From Candidatus Saccharimonadota bacterium (GTDB lineage Bacteria; Patescibacteriota; Saccharimonadia; Saccharimonadales; Saccharimonadaceae): 32,000 bases of DNA. The translations under genes were made by a program, and so were the position numbers. Position 1 is the stretch's first letter, and every line of letters begins with the position of its first letter. The notes beneath the pieces were generated by a model, which ran no database searches, was not told the origin of the DNA, and saw only the letters and a program-made list of their open reading frames with translations. Location of the stretch: the NCBI GenBank assembly GCA_001029695.1, contig CP011211.1:660001-692000 (forward strand), read 5' to 3'. Shown one piece after another: positions 17,513 to 26,109 of the stretch.

Positions 17513-18766
17513 CTATAGACTTAAATGGATATGATCTTGATGCCCTGAAAGTGTATCTTCTCCGTAGTAGCCTACGCAACTTACTGGAGCTCCACCGCCC
17601 ATACATTCATATCCGGATGGCGTAGGGCTATATATTAGTTTGTTTGTTCCTAGAGAGGCGGCATTATCATAGAGGAATTTATATAACTTCTCCCCCTCTG
17701 GTGTACCTGCATTGTATGGGAAGTCTATTGCAAGCCCTTTGCCATGCTCACCTTTATCACAGAAGTGGTCTTTATTAAGTGCATAGACTTTAGCGACTAC
17801 ACCACTTTGTTCGGCGACTGCGATTAAGACCTGCACTGTTTTCTTCTCAATACCGACGTGATCCCCGCTCGGACATGCACTTACTTGTCCGCATCTTTCT
17901 ATATCCTCCATTTCAGGGGCTTCATTCATTAAGAGGATTTTACCTTCGTTCTTGAGTTTTTTAACTCGTTCGATTAATTCGGCACATTCACCATCGGGGA
18001 GACTTCCGTCTTTGCTTGGCTCTGCATCTCCCTTAGTTTTACATTGATTCGCCTCTTTGCCGCCTGTAGACGTTGACGCCTCTGGATTGGGAGCGGGATC
18101 TTTTCCGGTATATTCTCTGTAGATGTTTTCAGCCATAGTGTCGCGACCAAGATTCTCGCCAGTAGCCGTATTTGATCTTTCAAATAAGTCATGGAAGATA
18201 TTCGCCGCTTGGCCTGGTGAAGTTGCTGCTTTGAGAGGTTCCATAACTTGGCTTTCGGAGGTTTCTGTAATCTCATACCAAATATAGTCCAGCTGATAGT
18301 CTAGGCACCTCCAATCCTTTCCTTCTGCTGCAGCTTTTGCAACCATATTATCTGCACGACTATAACACCATTGGACGACCCCTTTACAATCAATCCAGTT
18401 AACTGCATCGGGCATAAATGCAGATTCTTTCTCCATATTACCCATGATCCCCGCTACGGCTTCATCGGATAGGCCTTTATTTTTAAAGTATGACCAGATT
18501 TGTTTCTTGTTCGCTTCAGAATTACTTACCCCAGAAGCATACCCTTGTTCGCCGCACCCTGCACCAGAACCACTAAATGGTGTACCAGAACCGCCTGATT
18601 TTGAGTCAGAAGTGGTACAGTCGTCAGAATACAGTACATGATTTTGAGCACGAAACATCGCATCACGAGCGGATACTTGAGCCGGAGATGCGACAAACAC
18701 ATAAATGAAAGCTATGAGTATATAGCTTAGTTTGTAGCGTTTTTCTATCTTTAAGAACTTGGGCAT
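17513..18766 (-). CDS. Secreted two-domain peptidoglycan hydrolase (phage-tail-lysozyme-like N domain + LAS/M15-type zinc peptidase C domain)
   Basis: 417 aa with signal/anchor YILIAFIYVFVASPAQVSA. The N domain has GIMGNMEKESAF...KGVVQWC. The C domain has EHGKGLAID, matching the canonical HxxGxAxD of M15/LAS peptidases, and a terminal HQDHIH (HxH). The start overlaps the upstream stop by 16 nt. Confidence 0.7.
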   Translation of the reverse strand: MPKFLKIEKRYKLSYILIAFIYVFVASPAQVSARDAMFRAQNHVLYSDDCTTSDSKSGGSGTPFSGSGAGCGEQGYASGVSNSEANKKQIWSYFKNKGLSDEAVAGIMGNMEKESAFMPDAVNWIDCKGVVQWCYSRADNMVAKAAAEGKDWRCLDYQLDYIWYEITETSESQVMEPLKAATSPGQAANIFHDLFERSNTATGENLGRDTMAENIYREYTGKDPAPNPEASTSTGGKEANQCKTKGDAEPSKDGSLPDGECAELIERVKKLKNEGKILLMNEAPEMEDIERCGQVSACPSGDHVGIEKKTVQVLIAVAEQSGVVAKVYALNKDHFCDKGEHGKGLAIDFPYNAGTPEGEKLYKFLYDNAASLGTNKLIYSPTPSGYECMGGGAPVSCVGYYGEDTLSGHQDHIHLSL

Positions 18767-21678
18767 GAGTACTCCACTCCATGTTCTTTCAGTACAGGGA
18801 TCGGATCATCCGAGCCTGACACGGTAACGGCCTTGCCTGCCGGATATATCTCAAAATGTAAGTGGTTACCAAATGAATTTCCGGTGTTTCCAACTTTGCC
18901 GATTTCTTGACCTTTTGAAACCTCTTGGCCGGTAGTGACTGACGGAGTGGTGACCATGTGGCCAAATCGGAAGTCTTTACCACTTCCGTCTGTAGCTGTT
19001 GCGACGACGACATTTCCATATCCACTGTTTCCGTTTCCGTTTTCGCCCATTCCAGCAAATATAATCTTCATACTTGTTGGCGCAACAATTGGGGTGCCTT
19101 CTGGAGCGGCCATGTCGATACCCTGATGACCAGATCCTTTCCACGGCTGTGAGCATGTTGCTTGAGTCGGTATTACCCAGTCGCCTGTATTTTTCGTTGC
19201 TGGTCCAGCGGGCGCGGCAGTATCACTCCAGCAATCCGTAGAGGTCGTCTCTTCTGCGGCGGGGAATTGTCGTTCACACCAGTTGAAGTAAAATGCGTAA
19301 TTGTCCATATTCTTGTTATCTTCAAGACACTTAGATCCTTCGTACCAATATTGATCGGATTCTTTTCCGTCTTCAACTGGTTTAGATGTAGTGCCAAGCG
19401 GATCTGTACGGTGATCGGTGCAATATTTTCGATATTTTGTGTATTCACTCATTTCCTCGGTCTTCTCACTATCGAGGCCTCTTGGCTTGCCCGACTCATC
19501 TATGTCATTTGATGAAATAAGCTCCTGAATCACCGTGTCGATAACATCTTCTTCACCACTCGCCTGCCTGTCTGCCATGCTGAGGAAATTGTCTGTTGAG
19601 TAACCTATCATCCGACCAGACCAATCGCAGCCCGCTCCGATCGACTCCATATCTGGATCACCGCAGTTTTTCATTCTACCTTCTGCCGCACCCGGATTTG
19701 CGGTCATTTGAGAGGGCTGACTAAAGAGTGCATTTGCTGTATTTGTCGTAAACGACAATGGTGTAGCAAGTACGGCAAGTGCATTTGCGGCATGCTCAAA
19801 TACACTACGTGTTTGAGCATTGTATGGATTGAGCGATGTAGCGATTGTACCTGCAAATGAGTACTGGTTGTAGATATCAAATGGTGTATCTTTTGCTTCG
19901 TACTTAGCAAGTTCAATCTGACGATTATATTCAGGATCGGTTGCTGTAATAAATTTCTTTACTTGATTCACTCCTTTGTCTCCACTGCTAACGGGTTTCC
20001 CGCCTGAGCCTAAAGTGCTATTTGAGAGCATGAGACCTATACCTGCGGCAAGCGCATTACCTGCGTCGACACCTTTGAGATCTGAGGTTAGATTTGCCTC
20101 TTCTATCATTTTTAGTGCTGGATCAGCGAGCTGATCAATAACTAAGCTAGCAATTTCGTCACCTGCTAGATAAAGCCCTGCAATTAACGTCGCGCAGAGT
20201 GCTGCAGCCCATGGACCTGCAAAACATGTAGCCGTCGACGCCATAGCTGCATAGCTATTTGCAATACACGCATCGCGAATATTATCTTTGCCTAGATATC
20301 CCTGTAGTGTATTGACGAGCTGACTACCGGCCACTGCGTATGCTGTTTTTCCTGTTGTGTACTGTTTTGTGAAGTCTTCAAGGCCCTGAAAGTCTCCATA
20401 GAGTGCTGCTTTTAGGCCTTGAGAATCCGTTGCACCAAGGTTGTATTTAGGATTTGGTTTTCCATCTACTTCTTTTTTATTGTCGTACCAGGTTAGACGA
20501 TCTCCTAGATTTTCGACAACTTCTGGCTCTATATTACCTTGATCTTGAATCTGAGAAGCAGCTTGAACAAACGGATAAGCAAATTTAACTAACTGATAGA
20601 TCCATTCTGCTTTTACGAGTGCTGTTGTAACTCGTATTGAATTATATCCTGTGCATGCAATCGAGAGTGCGGCGCTTGCCGCCCCGCCACCTTTAATGGT
20701 TTTCTTTAAACCTGGTGTTTTTTTCGCTTTCTCTATTGCTGCTTGAACGCGCTTAATTCCACCTTTTTTATCCTCGCCAACATCGATATTTTCATTAAAG
20801 GATTTATCAATAGCTGCTTTCCGCTTTTCTTTATCCTTATCATTTGAAGATTTTAATACGTTGCTCTTTTTTAACTTAAACTTATCAAGAACACTATTGA
20901 ATTTGGCGTCTTGGAAGAATTTCGATCTGACATTGAATACATGACCGGCGGTACGTCTTCCTTCGATATTGAAATCAGCGTGAGCATTAAATACCTTTCC
21001 GTTATCGGCTACTTTTCCATCGGGGTATTTAATCGATTTTACTTTACTACGTCCAGTTTTTTCGTCTTTTACGGTATCAACCTCAAAGCCCATGTTTTTA
21101 AACTTATCGAGTTGACGCTGCCCCATTGTTTTAAACTTACACTTAATCTTCGACCCCGCACAAGGAGTATCATTTTTTGAGGTGCTAAGAATATTACCCA
21201 TATATGCACGCCGCATAACTCCATTTGTTCGTGCAGAGTCGGAGCCGTCATTTGTAACAGCTTTTTCTATCGCAACAAGAAGAGCTGCAGGTGATAATAG
21301 AATTGTCATTCCACCAAATGCAGCAAGGACAAATCCAGTAATTCCAGTTGATGGTCCAATTTTTTTGAAACCTTTTTTTAGTTTTGCTAACCGGCCAGCT
21401 GGCTGTGCTGACTCCCCTTTTTTGTAGTTAAGAGAGTTTTGACCGCCAGATTCTTCTTGGTCTTTGGTGTTTTTTATATCAGCATCAGGTTCATCGGCAT
21501 TATAGTTTGATTGAATTTTGTCTCCGTGAGTGTCTATTTGCTCATCGTCGAGTTCTTGTGAGTTAGTGTGTCGATTGAATTGACTGTCGTATTTTTTTTG
21601 ACCAGCACTTAGACTATCCTCCGCATTGCCGGCTTGGTTTTCGCGCTCGAGAAGGTCGTTTGCTGTTGATTTCACCAT
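18751..21678 (-). CDS. Giant membrane protein with C-terminal M23 (LytM-type) metallopeptidase, copy A
   Basis: 975 aa with the same architecture as 12838-15807. A polar N-terminus, then TM GITGFVLAAFGGMTILLSPAALLVAI. Shared motifs include CAGSKIKCKFKTMGQRQLDKFKNMGFEVD and YEAKDTPFDIYNQYSFAGTIATSLNPY. The M23 motifs are HQGIDM and GNHLHFE. Confidence 0.8.
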   Translation of the reverse strand: MVKSTANDLLERENQAGNAEDSLSAGQKKYDSQFNRHTNSQELDDEQIDTHGDKIQSNYNADEPDADIKNTKDQEESGGQNSLNYKKGESAQPAGRLAKLKKGFKKIGPSTGITGFVLAAFGGMTILLSPAALLVAIEKAVTNDGSDSARTNGVMRRAYMGNILSTSKNDTPCAGSKIKCKFKTMGQRQLDKFKNMGFEVDTVKDEKTGRSKVKSIKYPDGKVADNGKVFNAHADFNIEGRRTAGHVFNVRSKFFQDAKFNSVLDKFKLKKSNVLKSSNDKDKEKRKAAIDKSFNENIDVGEDKKGGIKRVQAAIEKAKKTPGLKKTIKGGGAASAALSIACTGYNSIRVTTALVKAEWIYQLVKFAYPFVQAASQIQDQGNIEPEVVENLGDRLTWYDNKKEVDGKPNPKYNLGATDSQGLKAALYGDFQGLEDFTKQYTTGKTAYAVAGSQLVNTLQGYLGKDNIRDACIANSYAAMASTATCFAGPWAAALCATLIAGLYLAGDEIASLVIDQLADPALKMIEEANLTSDLKGVDAGNALAAGIGLMLSNSTLGSGGKPVSSGDKGVNQVKKFITATDPEYNRQIELAKYEAKDTPFDIYNQYSFAGTIATSLNPYNAQTRSVFEHAANALAVLATPLSFTTNTANALFSQPSQMTANPGAAEGRMKNCGDPDMESIGAGCDWSGRMIGYSTDNFLSMADRQASGEEDVIDTVIQELISSNDIDESGKPRGLDSEKTEEMSEYTKYRKYCTDHRTDPLGTTSKPVEDGKESDQYWYEGSKCLEDNKNMDNYAFYFNWCERQFPAAEETTSTDCWSDTAAPAGPATKNTGDWVIPTQATCSQPWKGSGHQGIDMAAPEGTPIVAPTSMKIIFAGMGENGNGNSGYGNVVVATATDGSGKDFRFGHMVTTPSVTTGQEVSKGQEIGKVGNTGNSFGNHLHFEIYPAGKAVTVSGSDDPIPVLKEHGVEYSCPSS

Positions 21679-21699
21679 GATAAATTATTTGTTGAGTCT

Positions 21700-23598
21700 T
21701 TAAAGTTGCATCTCCTGAGCAACTGCTTCTTGAGCTGCGCGCTGACGTGCGAGCTCTTGCATTCGTTTTTCTTCCTCTTCTTGCATCTGTTGAACAGGGT
21801 TCGTAGTAACAAGCTGATGCTCGGTGCGACTTGCCACAATCTGAACATGAACGTGGTTTGCGCCTGCAAAGAAAAGCCCTTGTCCTACTGGGAAGTTGGC
21901 GAGACGCTTTCGCTCTTCGTCGGTTAGCTTAAAGACGTCGGCGAGCACATCGACAGCACTCGGCGATTGCTTCAAGAGGAGTTGCATCGAGGAGTTGGCG
22001 ACGATCGCACGTCCCATCTTACTTGCCATAAAGTCTTCGACGTCCTGGCTGATAGTCGTCACCCCAAGATAGTACTTACGAGCACGCTTCGCGAGTGAGA
22101 ATAGGAAGTTTGCCGAGTCTTCGTATTTCATAAGCTGCCAGGCCTCGTCCACGATAAGCATACGTTTCTTTAGGTGGCTTCTCGTGACGTTCCAGATGTG
22201 CGAGAGTACGATATACATTGCGACGGGACGGAGCTCATCTTCGAGGTCGCGAATATTAAATACAACCATCTGATTATTAATATCGATATTTGACTGCATC
22301 GAGAAGATACCTGCGAATGTACCGGTGGTGTATTTACGGAGGCGCTGAGCGAGTGATGGGCCGGAGCCTTCCATGTGCACGAGTGTATCGTAAAGATCGA
22401 TCATAGTTGGAGGTAGTGAATTGTGCGTTAGTGGATCACTTGTGATGCCTGATCGAGCATACGTGTCTATCAGTGCCTGGTCGAGGTCGGCTTCTTCTGC
22501 TGGAGTAAGGCCCGTTGCAGTCGTAATGCCACCAGATGCAACATGCGCTCCACCGAGCATGAGTCGAAGTAGACCGTGAAGGGTGACGAGATTTGCTCGC
22601 AGCGCATCGTCGGCTTCGTCGGTGTCGACAACTCTTGGAAGATCAAATGGATTGATACGAACGTCACTGTTGAGGCTGAGTCGAATGTAGCTTCCACCAA
22701 CCGCGTCAGATAGTTTTTGGTACTCATTTTCTGGGTCGATGATGATCACGTCCGCACCCATCATCATACTGCGAATTGCTTCAAGCTTTACGGTAAACGA
22801 CTTACCGGAACCGGACTTTGCAAATACTACCATGTTGGCATTTTCCAGAGAATAGCGATCAAAGATGATCAGGCCGTTGTTGTGCATGTTGATGCCGTAG
22901 AGGATACCTTTTTCTTGAGTAAGATCGGCGCTCGTGAACGGGAAGCTGGTACTGATTGCACCCGTATTCATATTTCGACGGATCTGTAGCTGATCGGTCA
23001 TCTGAGGAACACTTGAGTTTATGCCTTGTTCTTGCTGAGATGAGGCAACCTTACTAAAGATGAGCTGTTGCCCAAAGATAGTTTCGATCTTGTGCTGTAC
23101 AAAATTCAGCTCATCCATACTGTCGGCGTATAGAGTGATATAAAGACCGTAGCGGAAGAAACGTTCTGAACCTACCTGGATCTCGTCTCGTAGTTCCTCG
23201 GCATCATTGAGCGCTGCTTCAAGTCCCGGGTCACGAGTACGGCCCTTTTCTTCGTTAATAGCCATAGTGGCCTGCATTTGGGTTACCTTTTTGCGCAGGT
23301 TCTTGAGGACGATCTCGCTTTCGACTGGGTAGAAGAACATACTGACATCAAGTACTTCATCGATGTTGATAACTGAGCTGAGCCAGCCTGTATAGATCTG
23401 ACGAGGATATGCGTACACATAGAGAGTACGACCGTACTTTGTGCCTAGTCGGAAGTAACTGGCATGGATCTCGAGACTGCTTGGCGCTACGAGGTCACGA
23501 AGTGTTGTGATACCTTTTTGAAATGCTTGCTCAACTTCAAATTGTTCACGTGCGCGTTGTTTTGCGGCGATATCGACTGCATCGGGTTTTTTAGCCAT
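21700..23598 (-). CDS. virB4: VirB4-family T4SS ATPase (Gram-positive ConE/PrgJ/TcpF type)
   Basis: 632 aa. Walker A VVFAKSGSGKSFT, Walker B KRMLIVDEAWQLM and a downstream TTISQDVEDF motif. The N-terminal region YGRTLYVYAYPRQIYTGWLSSV is typical of monoderm VirB4s. A strong AAGGAGGAG RBS lies upstream. Confidence 0.9.
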   Translation of the reverse strand: MAKKPDAVDIAAKQRAREQFEVEQAFQKGITTLRDLVAPSSLEIHASYFRLGTKYGRTLYVYAYPRQIYTGWLSSVINIDEVLDVSMFFYPVESEIVLKNLRKKVTQMQATMAINEEKGRTRDPGLEAALNDAEELRDEIQVGSERFFRYGLYITLYADSMDELNFVQHKIETIFGQQLIFSKVASSQQEQGINSSVPQMTDQLQIRRNMNTGAISTSFPFTSADLTQEKGILYGINMHNNGLIIFDRYSLENANMVVFAKSGSGKSFTVKLEAIRSMMMGADVIIIDPENEYQKLSDAVGGSYIRLSLNSDVRINPFDLPRVVDTDEADDALRANLVTLHGLLRLMLGGAHVASGGITTATGLTPAEEADLDQALIDTYARSGITSDPLTHNSLPPTMIDLYDTLVHMEGSGPSLAQRLRKYTTGTFAGIFSMQSNIDINNQMVVFNIRDLEDELRPVAMYIVLSHIWNVTRSHLKKRMLIVDEAWQLMKYEDSANFLFSLAKRARKYYLGVTTISQDVEDFMASKMGRAIVANSSMQLLLKQSPSAVDVLADVFKLTDEERKRLANFPVGQGLFFAGANHVHVQIVASRTEHQLVTTNPVQQMQEEEEKRMQELARQRAAQEAVAQEMQL

Positions 23599-23600
23599 TA

Positions 23601-24482
23601 CTACATCTCCTCCTTCGCGAGGTGAAGCTGCGGCGCTTCACCCTGACCTTTTCGTACGTACATCGCAGTGACATCCTGGAAGTTTCCAAGAGGTTCCCGT
23701 ACTGCAGTGTCTGGGTTGTAGAAGTTGTAATAGAGTTCGCCTAGCTCTTTTGTATTTAGTTGGACACACTTTACGCCAAGCTGGAATAGTCCACTCATTA
23801 CTGAGTCGACATGATTTTTGATCTCATCTTTTGCTTTCTCGTATTGAGCATGATCAACAACGATTGCGCGCTGCTGTTGGTTGCCGCCGAAGATAGTGCC
23901 GAACAGGCTCTTACTGGCGCGTTTTACAGATTGGACATCTCCCTGCGGCCAGTACGGTACGATCACGTAAAAGCTCTTATCCATGATGTTCGCTTCCTGT
24001 GAAACGGTGTCGATAAAGTCGATATAGTCATCAGTAAGGACGTTAAGGAGCATATTCTCTTGGTTTCGACGAATATTAGTGAGTCGCTCGATGTATGGTC
24101 CGATATCAACCCGCTGTGAACGAATGAGGATTTGAACAGGAAAATAAAGAGAGTTCAAAAAGTTCTGATAGCTATATTCAATTCCTTCACGCTCTTTGCT
24201 ACTCATGAGGTCGAAGTTGATTGACTTACAGGCGACGACTGCACGAAAACTACCATCATTCATAACGACCATATTGTCACGGATCTCAGAAAAAAGAAGT
24301 GTATTCTGAGTAGTGTTTGGATTATTTGGTGGGGGTGGTGTCGTTGCTTCTGCTGTATTTGCGGCGGGCTGTGGGGGCTGTGGAGCACCTTGACCAGGCA
24401 TTGCTTGGGGTTGCTGCTGATATGGCATGCCTGGACCACCTTGTGGCTGCTGCATTTGCGGCTGCTGATTGTTTGGCTGCAT
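23601..24482 (-). CDS. T4SS-associated protein: Q/P-rich N-terminus plus domain resembling the extreme N-terminal domain of long VirB4 proteins
   Basis: 293 aa. The first ~60 aa are Gln/Pro low complexity (MQPNNQQPQMQQPQGGPGMPYQQQPQAMPGQGAPQPPQP). Then DGSFRAVVACKSINFDLMSSKEREGIEYSYQNFLNSLYFPVQILIRSQRVD recalls the N-terminal region of ~800-aa Gram-positive VirB4s (from memory). The stop lies 2 nt before the VirB4 ATG. Confidence 0.45.
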   Translation of the reverse strand: MQPNNQQPQMQQPQGGPGMPYQQQPQAMPGQGAPQPPQPAANTAEATTPPPPNNPNTTQNTLLFSEIRDNMVVMNDGSFRAVVACKSINFDLMSSKEREGIEYSYQNFLNSLYFPVQILIRSQRVDIGPYIERLTNIRRNQENMLLNVLTDDYIDFIDTVSQEANIMDKSFYVIVPYWPQGDVQSVKRASKSLFGTIFGGNQQQRAIVVDHAQYEKAKDEIKNHVDSVMSGLFQLGVKCVQLNTKELGELYYNFYNPDTAVREPLGNFQDVTAMYVRKGQGEAPQLHLAKEEM

Positions 24483-24510
24483 TTTCCCTATTCCATCCCT
24501 CTTTTTGATC

Positions 24511-25503
24511 TTATCGTAACGAAATCGTTACTTCATCGCCATCCATGAGCGACTTATCTTTCTCTTCAAGCCTATTTGCTTCTTTTGAAAGTGTCTCGAC
24601 AGTTACGTCGTCTCTATATGCCAGCTCCTCATAACGTTTCTTAGCACGTTCTATTGTAGCAGTATCAGGGGTGTTTTCGCTAGTGTTTAGTCGGTCTTCG
24701 CGGTCATCACTTGCCTCTTCTGCGAGCGCAGATGCATATGCTATGGCGTCAAGTTCGCTCTTCCCAAGATAGCTTTGAGTTGACTGTGCTACTGGAGCTG
24801 GCTGAGGCCTTGCCATAGGATTAAAAGGCTGAGCTTGTGTGACAACTGGCGGATGCTGTGCGAGGAGCGGGTTTGACTCTGCTGCCTGAGTCAGTGACAC
24901 GGGCGAAGCTTGTTGCATTTGTGCGACTGCTTGCTGGTGGCGTGCGCTACTGCTTGCATTGAGCTTACTTGAAAGGATTTGCATCTCAGAGTTCGAGGCG
25001 TCCATCATATCGGGAACTTGTTGTGATTCGTAGTATAGGTCGCGATTTAGCGATGTTTCTGGTACTGGCACTCCCTCACCTCGAACTGACCAGCCGTGGC
25101 TATCGACAAGACTTGCCAGGTAGTCGAGTCGTTTCGTTGCCTCGTCTTGGCTAAAGCCTTTTGTGCGTATACGGTCTGCATCTTTTGGTGGGATGATGGT
25201 GACAAATGACGATATGCCGTCTGGCTGCCAAAAGCGCTTACGTGACTTGAGGAAGTAAAATGACACGACTGCAGATAGATATGTCTCCATCGGTTGGTCT
25301 TTACGGAGCGGTAGCGCTAGTGCACCGAAAAAGATAATAAAAGGCAGCGGTATGATCGCAAGTGGTATAAATACCGTCGAAAGCCCCCACGCACCCGCCA
25401 TAGAGATAGCGACAACAATCAAATAAATGAATTGTCGAAAACTAAACGGGCCGATGAGCTTATCGTCAGCCTCGACGTCTTGAGGAACTTTATATACCGC
25501 CAT
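24511..25503 (-). CDS. PrgI-family (VirB3-like) T4SS membrane protein with long C-terminal extension
   Basis: The N-terminus MAVYKVPQDVEADDKLIGPFSFRQFIYLIVVAISMAGAWGL plus a second TM (IIPLPFIIFFGALALPL) matches the PrgI/Orf17-type pattern. It sits two genes upstream of VirB4. At 330 aa it has ~230 extra residues, partly Q/A/P-rich. Confidence 0.7.
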   Translation of the reverse strand: MAVYKVPQDVEADDKLIGPFSFRQFIYLIVVAISMAGAWGLSTVFIPLAIIPLPFIIFFGALALPLRKDQPMETYLSAVVSFYFLKSRKRFWQPDGISSFVTIIPPKDADRIRTKGFSQDEATKRLDYLASLVDSHGWSVRGEGVPVPETSLNRDLYYESQQVPDMMDASNSEMQILSSKLNASSSARHQQAVAQMQQASPVSLTQAAESNPLLAQHPPVVTQAQPFNPMARPQPAPVAQSTQSYLGKSELDAIAYASALAEEASDDREDRLNTSENTPDTATIERAKKRYEELAYRDDVTVETLSKEANRLEEKDKSLMDGDEVTISLR

Positions 25504-25570
25504 AATCTGTTATGAGTATACCGCAAAGCTTATGGTTTGGCGAGGTATGTCGTGGATGGGAATTGTCTTT

Positions 25571-26104
25571 TTAGGCAATTTTTTTATACGGCATTTTACC
25601 TCTTCGTGCCATAAAATGCTGTATAGAAAAACAGACTATAGCAGCAACCGACCCTGCTGTAATAACAGGAAGTAGTGTTGCGAATGTTGGTAAAGCTAAG
25701 AGTAAGATTACGATAAATAGGAAACTGATCGTAATTATTAGTATTTTAGCGAAAAACAATGAACTTGCCGTCGGCTTTTTGTAAAGCCGACCAAGTATTC
25801 GCTTGAGGATATTTGATGAGTGTTTACCAACGAAATAGATAGTGTACACTGCGACTATTATTATGAGAAGCGTAAGAAATATCTTTATTTCGATAGATAA
25901 CTCTGAATTGGAGGATTGGGCGGGGTACGTTTCAATAAGGATAGTTTCTAATGAGTATTCTTGCTGAAGTGTATTGTTAAATAACTGATTGATATTATCA
26001 AAAATTACCGTTGCTGAAAAAGAGAGAAAGAGTGCTATCTGGATTACGCTAATAAGGTAGCCTATGTAGCTCGCTGCTCTTGTAAAAGAATTACTTATCT
26101 TCAC
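25571..26104 (-). CDS. Small polytopic membrane protein (about 4 TM), unknown function
   Basis: 177 aa with a GTG start 5 nt after the upstream stop. There are four long hydrophobic segments. It is AT-rich, has no obvious RBS and matches no family I recognise. Supported mainly by operon context and the uninterrupted frame. Confidence 0.5.
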   Translation of the reverse strand: MKISNSFTRAASYIGYLISVIQIALFLSFSATVIFDNINQLFNNTLQQEYSLETILIETYPAQSSNSELSIEIKIFLTLLIIIVAVYTIYFVGKHSSNILKRILGRLYKKPTASSLFFAKILIITISFLFIVILLLALPTFATLLPVITAGSVAAIVCFSIQHFMARRGKMPYKKIA

Positions 26105-26109
26105 TTTAT

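Noticed and set aside
25504-25570. A possible internal promoter (TATACT 11 nt upstream of the PrgI-like ATG) in the 67-nt gap
   Set aside because: There is no convincing -35 or RBS, and the spacing would imply a near-leaderless transcript. The evidence is insufficient without transcript mapping.
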